Of a stretch of 30,403 nt of DNA, positions 1-9,267 are shown in pieces. The notes beneath the pieces are model-generated. The model did no database searches. It was not told the DNA's origin and saw only the letters and a list, made by a program, of their open reading frames with translations. A program made the translations under genes and the position numbers. Numbering within the stretch: position 1 is the stretch's first letter; each line of letters begins with the position of its first letter. This DNA comes from a virus (Duplodnaviria > Caudoviricetes). The stretch lies in the IMG/VR virus record IMGVR_UViG_3300038336_000148, positions 1 to 30,403 of that record; one strand, given 5' to 3'.

Positions 1-1104
1 TTAATGATTTTCATTACTTGCCTCTTTATTTTCTACCGCAACCCTACCGCAACGCCGCATTGTTAAAATTTGTCCTAATTTCTTTGACGTCCTTTTCGCG
101 TAACGCCTCGTCATGGAAGCGTTTTTGTGACCTAAAATTTCCTGAACGGTTGACATATCTTCGCCTTCATCAAGAAGCTGGCAACCGAGGGAATGACGAA
201 AAGCATTGTAAAGTTTGATCCTGATCCCGGCCTTTTCTTCGGCAGCGTGCCATATTTTGTTAAGATTCTTATTCGTGTATGGCTTTCCGTCCGCCCGGAT
301 AAAAAGAAACTCGCTTAAATGTTTCTGTCCGTCTATTATCTCTTTGGCGTATGGCGTAAGATCAGGATTCCGTATGTCGCCGGTTTTTGTTTTTTCGCTC
401 AATTCATTTCCTGAAAAGGCACGTTTTATATAGATTCTACCATTTTTAATGGCGTCTCTTTTAATCGCCCTGGCCTCACCAACTCTTATGCCATATTCCA
501 TAGCAAAACGGAAAATAGGCGCGTCCTGGGCGGGAATATGCGCTAAAACCTGCTCTTGCTGGTCAAGGGTAAGATATTCTATCTCTGGCAGATCGCCCAT
601 GCTCATTTTCGGGAAGGGCGGGATGTGTTTTATTTCCTCATTTGAATAAGCCCACCGTACCATTGATTTCAAGGCACCCATGACATTGTAACGGCCTTTT
701 TCGGATAGATTAAGCGATTCCTGAAATCTTGTTAATTCTGCTTTTTTAAATTTGCGGATGTCTTTATCCTGGCCAAAGAAGGGAATGGCATAATTGACTA
801 TTGCGCCGCGGTAATCTGTTTTACATTTTTTACCGGCTACAATTTGAGACAACCACGTTTTATAATATTCACCAATACAAAGAGGATTCCCCGGGCGGAA
901 AGAACGAGGATCAAAGCCTTCACGATCACGGTCTATATCTTCCCTGATAGCATAAAGTAATTTGTACCCATTTTCTTCATTCTTTATCGAACACCATTGC
1001 CCTTGAATAAGGACTGACCAAAATTTTTCAATCCGCTTATTCCAATATATTTGGACGTAAAAGCGGTTGCCATGCCTTAATACACTTCCGCCATTAAAGC
1101 CCAT
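1..1104 (-). CDS. int: Tyrosine recombinase / phage integrase (367 aa)
   Basis: Catalytic motifs GIRVGEA (R), KTKT (K), YNAFRHS (HxxR variant), ILGH and TRRY (Y). Start moved to ATG 1104, which has a GGAGG SD; the TTG at 1164 overlaps a promoter -35. Confidence 0.95.
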   Translation of the reverse strand: MGFNGGSVLRHGNRFYVQIYWNKRIEKFWSVLIQGQWCSIKNEENGYKLLYAIREDIDRDREGFDPRSFRPGNPLCIGEYYKTWLSQIVAGKKCKTDYRGAIVNYAIPFFGQDKDIRKFKKAELTRFQESLNLSEKGRYNVMGALKSMVRWAYSNEEIKHIPPFPKMSMGDLPEIEYLTLDQQEQVLAHIPAQDAPIFRFAMEYGIRVGEARAIKRDAIKNGRIYIKRAFSGNELSEKTKTGDIRNPDLTPYAKEIIDGQKHLSEFLFIRADGKPYTNKNLNKIWHAAEEKAGIRIKLYNAFRHSLGCQLLDEGEDMSTVQEILGHKNASMTRRYAKRTSKKLGQILTMRRCGRVAVENKEASNENH

Positions 1105-1133
1105 AGCTTCCCCCTCCCCAAGGTTATGAGGAA

Positions 1134-1161
1134 AGGATACATTTTTTGCGGGTACAGTCAA
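1134..1161 (-). promoter_or_regulatory. Putative sigma70 integrase promoter
   Basis: Minus strand TTGACT-N16-TATCCT; predicted TSS near 1127. Confidence 0.55.
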
Positions 1162-1167
1162 CAAAAT

Positions 1168-1383
1168 TTATTCCTTTAAAACTAATGTTGAAATATAATC
1201 AAATGAGCGATTAACGGCTTGTCGCAACTTTTCTGTTTGACGTAAAACTTCAAAATATGACAAAGCTTCTCCACGACAAGTAAAATAATGTCCCTCACCA
1301 TCTAATAAAATATGTGTGTTTGCATAAATTCTTGCATCTTCTAAAATAGTTCTTATTTTATCGACAGTTTCTTTATTGCTCAT
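1168..1383 (-). CDS. Hypothetical phage protein (71 aa)
   Basis: Fits the operon, 7 bp after the ASCH stop; no recognisable motif. Confidence 0.65.
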   Translation of the reverse strand: MSNKETVDKIRTILEDARIYANTHILLDGEGHYFTCRGEALSYFEVLRQTEKLRQAVNRSFDYISTLVLKE

Positions 1384-1390
1384 CTCTCAT

Positions 1391-1759
1391 TTACTCCTTT
1401 ATCAATTCCGCCGGTACGTCGAAGAATTTCAGCTTTCCTTTGAACGGAATCGGCGTTTTAAACTCTATTGAGTCTTTGTAAATATGGCCATAAGGACCAA
1501 AGAAGAACGGGGAAGGGTGAGAAATAACGCAATCGGTCATGGTTACTTTGCCGATGATACAACCAATATGAAAACTAATTACATGACTATCGACCATATA
1601 TTTATTGTCGCGTAGCCAAAGAAAACCTTTTTTATCCCATTGTTTACTCGCATGAATAAGAAGCTCCCCGCGATAGTCCGTTTCCCACGTTCTGTTTTCT
1701 ACCGGCTTACCGTGGAATAACGCCCACGCCCACGGTTGTTTAACTGAGATTGCTTTCAT
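1391..1759 (-). CDS. ASCH domain protein (122 aa)
   Basis: MKAISVKQPWA, GKPVENRTW and YRGELLIHAS are typical ASCH motifs; ATG 1759 is preceded by GGGG. Confidence 0.9.
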   Translation of the reverse strand: MKAISVKQPWAWALFHGKPVENRTWETDYRGELLIHASKQWDKKGFLWLRDNKYMVDSHVISFHIGCIIGKVTMTDCVISHPSPFFFGPYGHIYKDSIEFKTPIPFKGKLKFFDVPAELIKE

Positions 1760-2042
1760 TTTTACCCCTGCAGGCATCAATCATTTTATAGTCCGGATGG
1801 CGATAATTTATCATCCACTCCGGCGTTTTTATAAGTTTACCGTATTGAGTTATTTGAACTCTTGTTCTAATGTCCGGTTGATTTGGAAAGGCATCATCAA
1901 ATTCATTCAGAAGAGCAGCCATTTTCTTTTGCCATTCTTCCGGCATGGCTTCCATCATAACCCTCGGCAATGTTAAGAAAGAAGCATGGGACAGCCCAAA
2001 CCAACAGGCCAAATCTTCATTTGGGGTGTATCTCTCTTTCAT
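1740..2042 (-). CDS. Conserved hypothetical phage protein (100 aa)
   Basis: WFGLSHASFLTLPRVMMEAMPEEWQ resembles a recurrent phage hypothetical; GGAGG SD; overlaps the ASCH start. Confidence 0.8.
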   Translation of the reverse strand: MKERYTPNEDLACWFGLSHASFLTLPRVMMEAMPEEWQKKMAALLNEFDDAFPNQPDIRTRVQITQYGKLIKTPEWMINYRHPDYKMIDACRGKNESNLS

Positions 2043-2045
2043 TTC

Positions 2046-3659
2046 CTACCTCCACACACACGGGAACGGCTGCGCTTTTGTCGGTACTCTACGACCGGCT
2101 CCCCGGATAAATGATAATGGATATTTCGCCCGGACATGAGTAAGGCAATTTTCAAGTTCCTTGATCGTCATATCCTGTCTACGTTTCCCCATGGCTATTA
2201 AGACTTCGTAATTAATCGTTTGGTGCTTAAATCGATTCTGCCGGCAGTAGGCCTTTATGTGATCGTCAATCTTCCCCCGGAGTTCTTCTTCCTGTTCTGA
2301 GGCTGTCTTTTCCGGTACCTGACCTAAAAGCATTTCACGTTTACCGGTGAGGGCAGAGGACAGGGGGATAATTCCACCCGGGGCCGGAGTTAGGCAGAAG
2401 CCCCCGCCGTCCTCTGTTGCGCCTCTGGATGGGCGCGAAGTTCTTTCTTCCAATATTGGAGCCTGCTCAGCTTCAATCTTTGCCATGGTCTGTTTAAAGA
2501 GCGCGTCGGCAGGCGCGAAGATATGGCCTGTCTGCTCGTCCCCGCCACAAGGACTTATTCTATTTGCCCTTGCCGTCATTTGCTCTATCCATGGAACGCT
2601 CCTGATCCGCGTTAAACAGATAATATGGCTGATCTCAGGAATATTAAGACCTTCATAGGCCATAGCTACGGTGACAATCACGTCGAGCTTATTGGCTTTC
2701 ATCTTATTAATAACTTTTAAAGCCGCTGCGGAGTCTTCGGACGTGGCGATATCGCACCGGGACAATCCGGATAAATTGGCAATATGTCTTTTTGCTTCTG
2801 TGATGTTGGAAGTGACAACAAGGCACTTAGAGCCGGGATATTTCGCGGCGTGTTCCTGCCAGTGGCGAATACCGGAAGAGAGTAAATGATCGGCGTACTC
2901 AGTCTTTAACGCCGTGTAGAGGGCTTTATTCGCGTCCTCTTCGTTCATTTTGTCTATACTGGCAACACGGACCTTCTTCCCTCGTCTATCTTCCCATTCT
3001 GCCGATCCATCAGATAAATGAAAGGCGAGGGGAATAATAGCCTTTTCAGCAAGGGCGTCCGTCCGAGTATATCGAATTACTTTCGTGTCGTGGCTATTCT
3101 GCAGGAAAGGCGTGATATTTTTCCCGTGTCCGCGGTAAGGCGTGAAGGCGATGCGCGAGCCGTCGCCGCGTTCCAAAGTTCCCGTCATTGGAATTCTGTA
3201 TTTTGCCAAAGCCCAAAGCGGAGCTATCTGTTTATGCCAAAGGGAATCTTCCTGAATGTGATGGAATTCATCCATGATCAGGATATAACGATAATGCTTG
3301 AACTGTTCTATCAGCAGACCTTCATCCATGCCGGCAGCATTAAATGTCGTTGAGAAGCCATCAAGACCGCGACAAGGGTTATTTTCGTTTGTGCTCTGCC
3401 GGATCTTCAAAGAATGGTTAAACATTGTCCGGAAATACGGATTGACAAATTCCCTTTCTGCTTGATCGGTCAAAGATAAGCGCGGAGCAATCCACATAAG
3501 TTTATCGGCTAGTCCGGCTTTGATCAGGCGACCGGCCATGATCGGGATTATAGACTTCCCGCCTCCGGGCGTGACGTGCAGATAAATATTACTGATCGGC
3601 GCGCCTTCTATTATATTGTCGATTGTGTCTTCAAATTCGCGTTGGTGCTTTCGTAGCAT
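2046..3659 (-). CDS. Superfamily 2 (DEAD/DEAH, ResIII-like) helicase (537 aa)
   Basis: Walker A TPGGGKS, motif II DEFHH, motif III MTGT, motif V EGLNIP, motif VI variant QMTARANR. Confidence 0.9.
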   Translation of the reverse strand: MLRKHQREFEDTIDNIIEGAPISNIYLHVTPGGGKSIIPIMAGRLIKAGLADKLMWIAPRLSLTDQAEREFVNPYFRTMFNHSLKIRQSTNENNPCRGLDGFSTTFNAAGMDEGLLIEQFKHYRYILIMDEFHHIQEDSLWHKQIAPLWALAKYRIPMTGTLERGDGSRIAFTPYRGHGKNITPFLQNSHDTKVIRYTRTDALAEKAIIPLAFHLSDGSAEWEDRRGKKVRVASIDKMNEEDANKALYTALKTEYADHLLSSGIRHWQEHAAKYPGSKCLVVTSNITEAKRHIANLSGLSRCDIATSEDSAAALKVINKMKANKLDVIVTVAMAYEGLNIPEISHIICLTRIRSVPWIEQMTARANRISPCGGDEQTGHIFAPADALFKQTMAKIEAEQAPILEERTSRPSRGATEDGGGFCLTPAPGGIIPLSSALTGKREMLLGQVPEKTASEQEEELRGKIDDHIKAYCRQNRFKHQTINYEVLIAMGKRRQDMTIKELENCLTHVRAKYPLSFIRGAGRRVPTKAQPFPCVWR

Positions 3660-4300
3660 TAAACCTCCGGCAATAATTTGATTCCGCTGTCAAGAAGGTT
3701 AGTAAACACTTCTATATCGCCCAATACCGGCGCTATTTTTTGCACAAGTTTTTTAAGCGCTTCGTCAATAGCTTTGAATGTTTTTTCGCGTTCCTCTGTC
3801 CAATCAATTACAAAATTCTGTTTTATATAAGTGCTGTTTCCTAAAGTATCATCACCATTGATTCGGTAATAAACTGTTTTATTGTCATCGCTGACCTGAT
3901 AAAGAATTCCCCAATCTATCGTAAAACCTTTTCCATCCAGTTGATCGTGATGGTGATTCGTTAAAGCCTCCGGGACCCATGATTGATAACCTTGATAAGA
4001 CTGAAAACGGTATTCGTCTGTATTTTTTTCCATAACTAAATCACGTCCAAGTTCAATAGAATATACGATAACTTTCCGCATTTTCTTCTTCGCTTCGTGA
4101 TAGGCCTTTACAGCTTCATCAATTTTTTTAATTAAGTCCTGTTCTCGCTCTCCGGTAAAGAATATATTCTTTTCGCAGGCTATCTGTCTCACCGGATCGG
4201 GTATTCCCTTTGCGTGAAACTCTTTTTTACTGTTATATAAAATGTCCAGGATAACAATTTGACCGTCAACTTTAATTCTATGAGTTGTTATTTTTGGCAT
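3659..4300 (-). CDS. Hypothetical protein (213 aa)
   Basis: Long ORF with TAATG coupling to the helicase; GGAG SD. Confidence 0.8.
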   Translation of the reverse strand: MPKITTHRIKVDGQIVILDILYNSKKEFHAKGIPDPVRQIACEKNIFFTGEREQDLIKKIDEAVKAYHEAKKKMRKVIVYSIELGRDLVMEKNTDEYRFQSYQGYQSWVPEALTNHHHDQLDGKGFTIDWGILYQVSDDNKTVYYRINGDDTLGNSTYIKQNFVIDWTEEREKTFKAIDEALKKLVQKIAPVLGDIEVFTNLLDSGIKLLPEV

Positions 4301-4340
4301 TTATTTTTCTCCCACACCGTCTCAATATCTTGTCTCTTTT

Positions 4341-4889
4341 TCATTTCTTCCCGCCTGCAATCTTCTTTAACTTCGGCTGTTCTTTAACTTCAATTTCTCT
4401 GGCAACCATCAGATCACACCATTCTTTGTAGAATTCATCGGCCCATGCCGGGCAAACGTAAGTTTGTAACATTTGGCCGGGCTTCATAACCGGAATGTCT
4501 CTAGGTCTAATTATGCGCGGCAGACCTTCCCCTGTAACAAAAATCAGATCAATGCGGCGGTCGCACTTATCACAGACCTTTTCAAAGACCTCGACACCGG
4601 GACGCAGATAACAAGGGCGTGGTTTTCCGTCGAACATATTGGTTTGAAGTTCATCAACGGAAGTGGAAAACGTATCTGTGATTTTTTCCAGAGTGAAGGA
4701 AATGTCCGCTTTCAGTTTGTGGTTTCCTTCTGCCGGTCCGGGATTAATGGTTAAGTTGAGACCGATTTTGAAATCTTTTTCTCCGGCGTTCAGGTAGGCC
4801 AGATTGATTTTTTTAATATGCGTGATCATGGCCTTGGTTATAAGGTCTCCGCCTTCCGTAAGTGTCTTTTCTCCGATTTTAAGATTCAT
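4341..4889 (-). CDS. Hypothetical protein with C-terminal Cys cluster (182 aa)
   Basis: Strong AGGAGG SD; C..CDKC..C is a possible Zn site. Confidence 0.8.
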   Translation of the reverse strand: MNLKIGEKTLTEGGDLITKAMITHIKKINLAYLNAGEKDFKIGLNLTINPGPAEGNHKLKADISFTLEKITDTFSTSVDELQTNMFDGKPRPCYLRPGVEVFEKVCDKCDRRIDLIFVTGEGLPRIIRPRDIPVMKPGQMLQTYVCPAWADEFYKEWCDLMVAREIEVKEQPKLKKIAGGKK

Positions 4890-4902
4890 TTATTTCCTCC
4901 TT

Positions 4903-5343
4903 TTATTTTTCTGTTAACATTTTAAAACCGCTATTTTTTATGACGTCAAAATAAGTTTGTTTTTGTGCGGGAAAATAAACATAAGCCAAAAATACCTGCA
5001 TAATCTCAACCTGGTTAAGTTCGATAAGTGACATTTGAATGTCTACCCAATCGCTTTGTAGTTTCCATGCTGTGCGCTCGGCCTGTTCTTTGATACGTTC
5101 CGTTGTTCCGGCTTTCGGGCGCCGCACGGATGCCCTAAGAACCTTCTCAACACGATCTACCGCTGCCGGAAGTTTAAAGGGAATATCTTTTCCTTCGACC
5201 GGCATGATGAAACAAAGCGATTCAAGCTTTTTATCGGCATCATACATTTTCATAATATTCTTCGCGCCGTGCCGGATAAGGCAGTCTTCGATGTGCTGAA
5301 CGCTCCGGCTTACTGGAACTCCCGATGTATAGTTTTTGATCAT
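4903..5343 (-). CDS. Conserved hypothetical phage protein (146 aa)
   Basis: AGGAG SD; QAERTAWK...DWVDIQ motif recurrent in phage early regions. Confidence 0.8.
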   Translation of the reverse strand: MIKNYTSGVPVSRSVQHIEDCLIRHGAKNIMKMYDADKKLESLCFIMPVEGKDIPFKLPAAVDRVEKVLRASVRRPKAGTTERIKEQAERTAWKLQSDWVDIQMSLIELNQVEIMQVFLAYVYFPAQKQTYFDVIKNSGFKMLTEK

Positions 5344-5361
5344 AATTCTCCTTTTTTAGTC

Positions 5362-5604
5362 GCGGGAGTGTGCAACCACAGGCCACACCCCCGCTTTTTA
5401 AAATTGGCCGGGTATTGCCCTTGCGACGACTGGCGGAACCGGGCTGTCTATTCGCAAGATTACAGCCCTAGCATGACTGGCAAACGTGATGTACCCCACG
5501 CTCATACCCTCTATGTGTATTCTTTTGACCGGCGGCGGGATATAAGGCTATTTTCCCGCAAGTTGTCCCAAAGATAGGTTTGCCTTTACTTACGGACGCC
5601 GGTT
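5362..5604 (-). ncRNA. Candidate structured RNA in a 267-bp intergenic gap
   Basis: Several nested inverted repeats: ACCGGCG 5528-5534 / CGCCGGT 5597-5603; GGGTAT 5410-5415 / ATACCC 5504-5509; GGGCTGT 5441-5447 / ACAGCCC 5462-5468; GCGGGAGTGTG / CACACCCCCGC 5362-5394. Confidence 0.4.
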
Positions 5605-5610
5605 ATATTT

Positions 5611-7950
5611 TTAATTCCAAACCGGATTTTTCCCGGCTTCAAACATCAAAACATGATCAGCTAAGGATCTGCATTCAGGCTTATGACTGATAAAATAACC
5701 GTCTGAAAAATTACCAAACTTCATAAATGCTCGGTACATACTGATAAAATTAACCGCGTTTTCAGGATCGAGCGGACCGTCAAGCTCGTCAGCCATGAAT
5801 GTCTCAAAAGCCTTGCCGGATTTCTCAGCGGATAAAAGAGTCATGCCCTGCCGGAGCGCGATCAGATTCCACACCTTTTGGCCACCTGAAAGATTATCCA
5901 GAAGAACTTCTTCGCCGTCTCCATTGATAATGATAATATCCAAGCATTCTTTACCCTCGTCGTTGATCGTCCTGAATTTAACTGTAAAGATAGGACCGAA
6001 AGCCTGAGTTAAGAGGTCATTGGCAAAGTTCGTGATAATCGGCGCGCTTCCGTCGATCTCCATAGCCTGCAAGCCGTTTTTCCCGCAGGCGTTCTTTAAA
6101 TATGTCCAGTCTGAAATGTCATGTTGGAGCGCAATTTTTTCGGCTGTGGCCGCATGAATGTCCTTTTCGACTTCAGCCATAGACAAAAGTTCAGTTTCGA
6201 GCTTCATGATAGTGGCACGGGTATTGTTGAGATCGTTTTCGTATTGTCTGATTTCTTCATCAATGTGAAGCGTGGCGTTTTTAACCTGTGCAATATGATT
6301 ATCGACTTCGTTATCAATGGTAATTTCAGACAGTGCAGCCGTGGCATCGGCAATACTTCCGTCCAGATCGCTCTTGCGGTTTTCCCACTTAACTTTAAGC
6401 TCTTTTCCTTTGGTGGCGTTCTCTTCCATTTGTTTCGTAACTGATTCATATTGAGACTGCGCGACGGCAAGGGCGGTTTTCTTTCCGGCAAGGTCTTTGA
6501 CTTTGGTGAGTTCTAGGCGGAGACGGGCAACATCTTTACGTGCGTCACCGGACAATCCATTAATCCGGTTTATTTCTATCTTCGCGTTCGTTGTTTTCTC
6601 TTCCAAAGTGATACGTTCATCTTTGAGGGAGGCCAGAAGGTCGTTAAGCCATGAAAGATTGTCAGATACTTCATTAATCTTTTTCCCTAGAGCAGAGCCT
6701 AGTCCGGGCAATTCTTCTTTCGCTTTCAGTGCTGCAACGATAAAAGAGCACGTTGAGCTTTGACAGCTCGGATCACGTTTTTCAAGAATCTCTGATTGCT
6801 TCAATGCTTGATCAAAGGAATTCTGTAAGGCCGTCGCTTCGTGGTTGTTTTTCCACTTAACTATGTCCTTTTCGCAATCATTGATTCCGCCCTGAATACA
6901 AGAAAGGTCTGCCGTTATTTCATCAAGACACTTTTGATTGCCGGATAAAGCACTAACGTAACCATCTATTTGTCCCGAAAGTAAATCAATCTTCCCCTGA
7001 ATTTCCCTTTCCCTCTCCGCTGCCGAGTTTATTTCATCCGCCTGTGTAAGAAGGGCTTCATTCTCTTTAATCTTCCCCTGTAACTCTTTGTAGGCGTCAC
7101 GGAGCGCGTTTAGTTCGCCGTCGCTGATTTCCTGTTCTTTGGCGAGGGTATTATTAAGTTCTGTGATTTTCGCTTCGATGTTCGCTTTCTGAGCGATAAG
7201 AACTTCCTGCTTTGATTTCTTGTCCCGGAGTGATTCGAGTTCGGCCTGGTATTCGACGCGCTTCTTTTTCAGCGCGTCGATGGATATTTCATTATCGGCA
7301 TAGTTCTCTTTGTAAGAATCAAGTTTTGCTTTTAAATCCTCATATCCGGCCAGTTTGTTATTGAGGATAAGAATCTGTTTATCAACCTGTTCGAGTTGTC
7401 CGCTTACTGCGGTAATATTCTCTTTAGATGCTGTTTCCCATCCGGCCAGTTTATCGAGGTTCAGAAATTCTACGAGAAGGCCTTTAAATTCTCCTTCTGT
7501 CATGTCGCTTAACTTTTTGGAGTTCTGAGCGCAAAAGACACTGTTAAAAAACATGGCTTCGGACCCGAGCAGATCGGAAATGTATTTATTGTATTCCCTT
7601 ATTTTGCTTGTCGTCTCTGATTTCGTGCTCCCATTCTTATAGATGAATCCCTCAGATTTTCCACTATGGCAATCGATCTTTAAAAGTGTCCGGTAGTGAT
7701 TGCCCTTGTAGGTGAACGAATATTCCTTTTCGGCATCACGGGTATAAACGTGATTGAAGAGGGCGCCGGAGCGCGACGCTAGGGTATTATAAGGCGTCAT
7801 GTTCTCCAGGACGGTTGATTTTCCTCTTCCATTATCTCCGGCCAGAGCGACAAGACCGGTTACTTCGGAGAAATCTATTTCGATTTCGGGAAGGCCCAAT
7901 CCTTTTAATATGCCGGTAAAACCTTTAAGGCGTAGTTTGTTTGGTTTCAT
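5611..7950 (-). CDS. sbcC: SbcC/Rad50-like SMC ATPase (779 aa)
   Basis: Walker A GDNGRGKS, long coiled coils, central CQSSTC hook, signature LSGGQ, Walker B/D-loop ADELDGPLD, H-loop ISH. ATG 7950 has an AGGAGG SD. Confidence 0.92.
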   Translation of the reverse strand: MKPNKLRLKGFTGILKGLGLPEIEIDFSEVTGLVALAGDNGRGKSTVLENMTPYNTLASRSGALFNHVYTRDAEKEYSFTYKGNHYRTLLKIDCHSGKSEGFIYKNGSTKSETTSKIREYNKYISDLLGSEAMFFNSVFCAQNSKKLSDMTEGEFKGLLVEFLNLDKLAGWETASKENITAVSGQLEQVDKQILILNNKLAGYEDLKAKLDSYKENYADNEISIDALKKKRVEYQAELESLRDKKSKQEVLIAQKANIEAKITELNNTLAKEQEISDGELNALRDAYKELQGKIKENEALLTQADEINSAAEREREIQGKIDLLSGQIDGYVSALSGNQKCLDEITADLSCIQGGINDCEKDIVKWKNNHEATALQNSFDQALKQSEILEKRDPSCQSSTCSFIVAALKAKEELPGLGSALGKKINEVSDNLSWLNDLLASLKDERITLEEKTTNAKIEINRINGLSGDARKDVARLRLELTKVKDLAGKKTALAVAQSQYESVTKQMEENATKGKELKVKWENRKSDLDGSIADATAALSEITIDNEVDNHIAQVKNATLHIDEEIRQYENDLNNTRATIMKLETELLSMAEVEKDIHAATAEKIALQHDISDWTYLKNACGKNGLQAMEIDGSAPIITNFANDLLTQAFGPIFTVKFRTINDEGKECLDIIIINGDGEEVLLDNLSGGQKVWNLIALRQGMTLLSAEKSGKAFETFMADELDGPLDPENAVNFISMYRAFMKFGNFSDGYFISHKPECRSLADHVLMFEAGKNPVWN

Positions 7951-8105
7951 GCGGTCCTCCTTAAACGAGGAAATTTTTTCCATACGGGACATTTTTTTTC
8001 ACAACATTTGTCCCCGTCAATTTGGAATTTGGTACATCTGTTGTCCGAACGGTGACGACAGATTTTCGAGATTGATCTCCAAGAAAGAATTATAATATTT
8101 TTCAT
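7947..8105 (-). CDS. Small Cys-rich protein (52 aa), not in the ORF track
   Basis: MKNIIILSWRSISKICRHRSDNRCTKFQIDGDKCCEKKCPVWKKFPRLRRTA; ATGA overlaps with both the sbcD stop and the sbcC start. Confidence 0.75.
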   Translation of the reverse strand: MKNIIILSWRSISKICRHRSDNRCTKFQIDGDKCCEKKCPVWKKFPRLRRTA

Positions 8106-9250
8106 GCGGCCACCTGTTCCTTTTCTTCGCCGTATTCTAAGAGGTCGGCTTTCTGCAGGATTGATTCAGATACGGTTTCCTCACGAAGATCCGCCATGGC
8201 TTTTATTTTTTCCCGGAGCGTGTTTACTTTCAGAACGGATTCGGAGCGTACAGTTTCGCGGGGAATTCTTATAATGCGGATATCGGCGTCGAGGGCTCCA
8301 CTAAGAATAAAAAATTGTCTGATGTTTTCTTTATCAATCTTTGCCGCTTCGTCCTGCCAAGTAGTGATATCGTAACGAACAAAAGCATCTTTCCATTCAA
8401 AAGAAGATCCAACTTCATAAATAGGTGGATAGTCATTTTTTGTGAAATCGTGGTCAAGGCGAATTAACTTCTTTGCCGGCGTCTCAATAAAGCGTGATTC
8501 AATCAGTTTATGGCCGTCGAGTTCGTGAATATAAAAACCGTGTTCTGTGTTTTCACCCCAATTCAGGGGATAAAGGGAGCCGGAATAAAATGCGCGATCG
8601 CCTATCTGCTGCGCTTTGTGAATATGGCCGAGGGCTATCAGGTCCGGATTAGCCAACATCATTTGATCAAAACCGATGTCAATGTCCTTTCCGGTCAATA
8701 CTTGTCCCGTGGGAAGTATTGAGCCTGAGACATTCCAGTGCCCAATGAGTATGTGCGGGGAAGTGGGGAATTCAGAAGCCTGTGCTCCGAATCCCGCAAA
8801 TAAGCCGTTCATAGCCAGTGCTATTTCAGCATTCGATTCTGCTATCCCGTTTTCGGTCTGAAAAAACTGTTTTGTCGGAGTAGGGATGAGAGTAAGAACA
8901 ACATCCAACTGCTTTACATATATTTGTTCCGGCATAGTCGTTACATGAACCGGATATTTACCCTTTACGTATTGAAGTATCTCCGGCGCCGCTCCGTCAT
9001 GCGAAGTCGTGCCCTCGATAATAAATACGGGACCAATATCAGCCAGGGCGGATATTGTTTCAATGATCAGTTTCAAAACTGGAGAATCAATTTTGTTTGT
9101 CGCCTCCAGGGAAAAAGTGTCTCCGGCAATTAGGCTAAGATCAATCTTTTCGCTCTGAGCAACCATCACAAGGAAGTTCAGGCACTTCTTTAATTCGTCA
9201 AAATCTTTATCTCGCGGGTGCAAATCCGCACTATGCAATACTTTTAACAT
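8102..9250 (-). CDS. sbcD: SbcD/Mre11-like metallophosphoesterase nuclease (382 aa)
   Basis: HSADLH, AGD, EGTTSHD, IGH, LGHIH and YSGS motifs; directly upstream of sbcC. Confidence 0.92.
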   Translation of the reverse strand: MLKVLHSADLHPRDKDFDELKKCLNFLVMVAQSEKIDLSLIAGDTFSLEATNKIDSPVLKLIIETISALADIGPVFIIEGTTSHDGAAPEILQYVKGKYPVHVTTMPEQIYVKQLDVVLTLIPTPTKQFFQTENGIAESNAEIALAMNGLFAGFGAQASEFPTSPHILIGHWNVSGSILPTGQVLTGKDIDIGFDQMMLANPDLIALGHIHKAQQIGDRAFYSGSLYPLNWGENTEHGFYIHELDGHKLIESRFIETPAKKLIRLDHDFTKNDYPPIYEVGSSFEWKDAFVRYDITTWQDEAAKIDKENIRQFFILSGALDADIRIIRIPRETVRSESVLKVNTLREKIKAMADLREETVSESILQKADLLEYGEEKEQVAA

Positions 9251-9267
9251 TTTCCGGCCTCCAATGA

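Noticed and set aside
5405-5509. tRNA-like cloverleaf ending in CCA
   Set aside because: About 100 nt with no canonical D loop, anticodon arm or TTCRA T loop; kept only as a generic structured-RNA candidate.
5535-5590. c-di-GMP-I riboswitch-like GGCAAACC...GGGAC on the minus strand
   Set aside because: Lacks the GNRA-capped P2 stem and the GCAAAG junction; resemblance is only partial.
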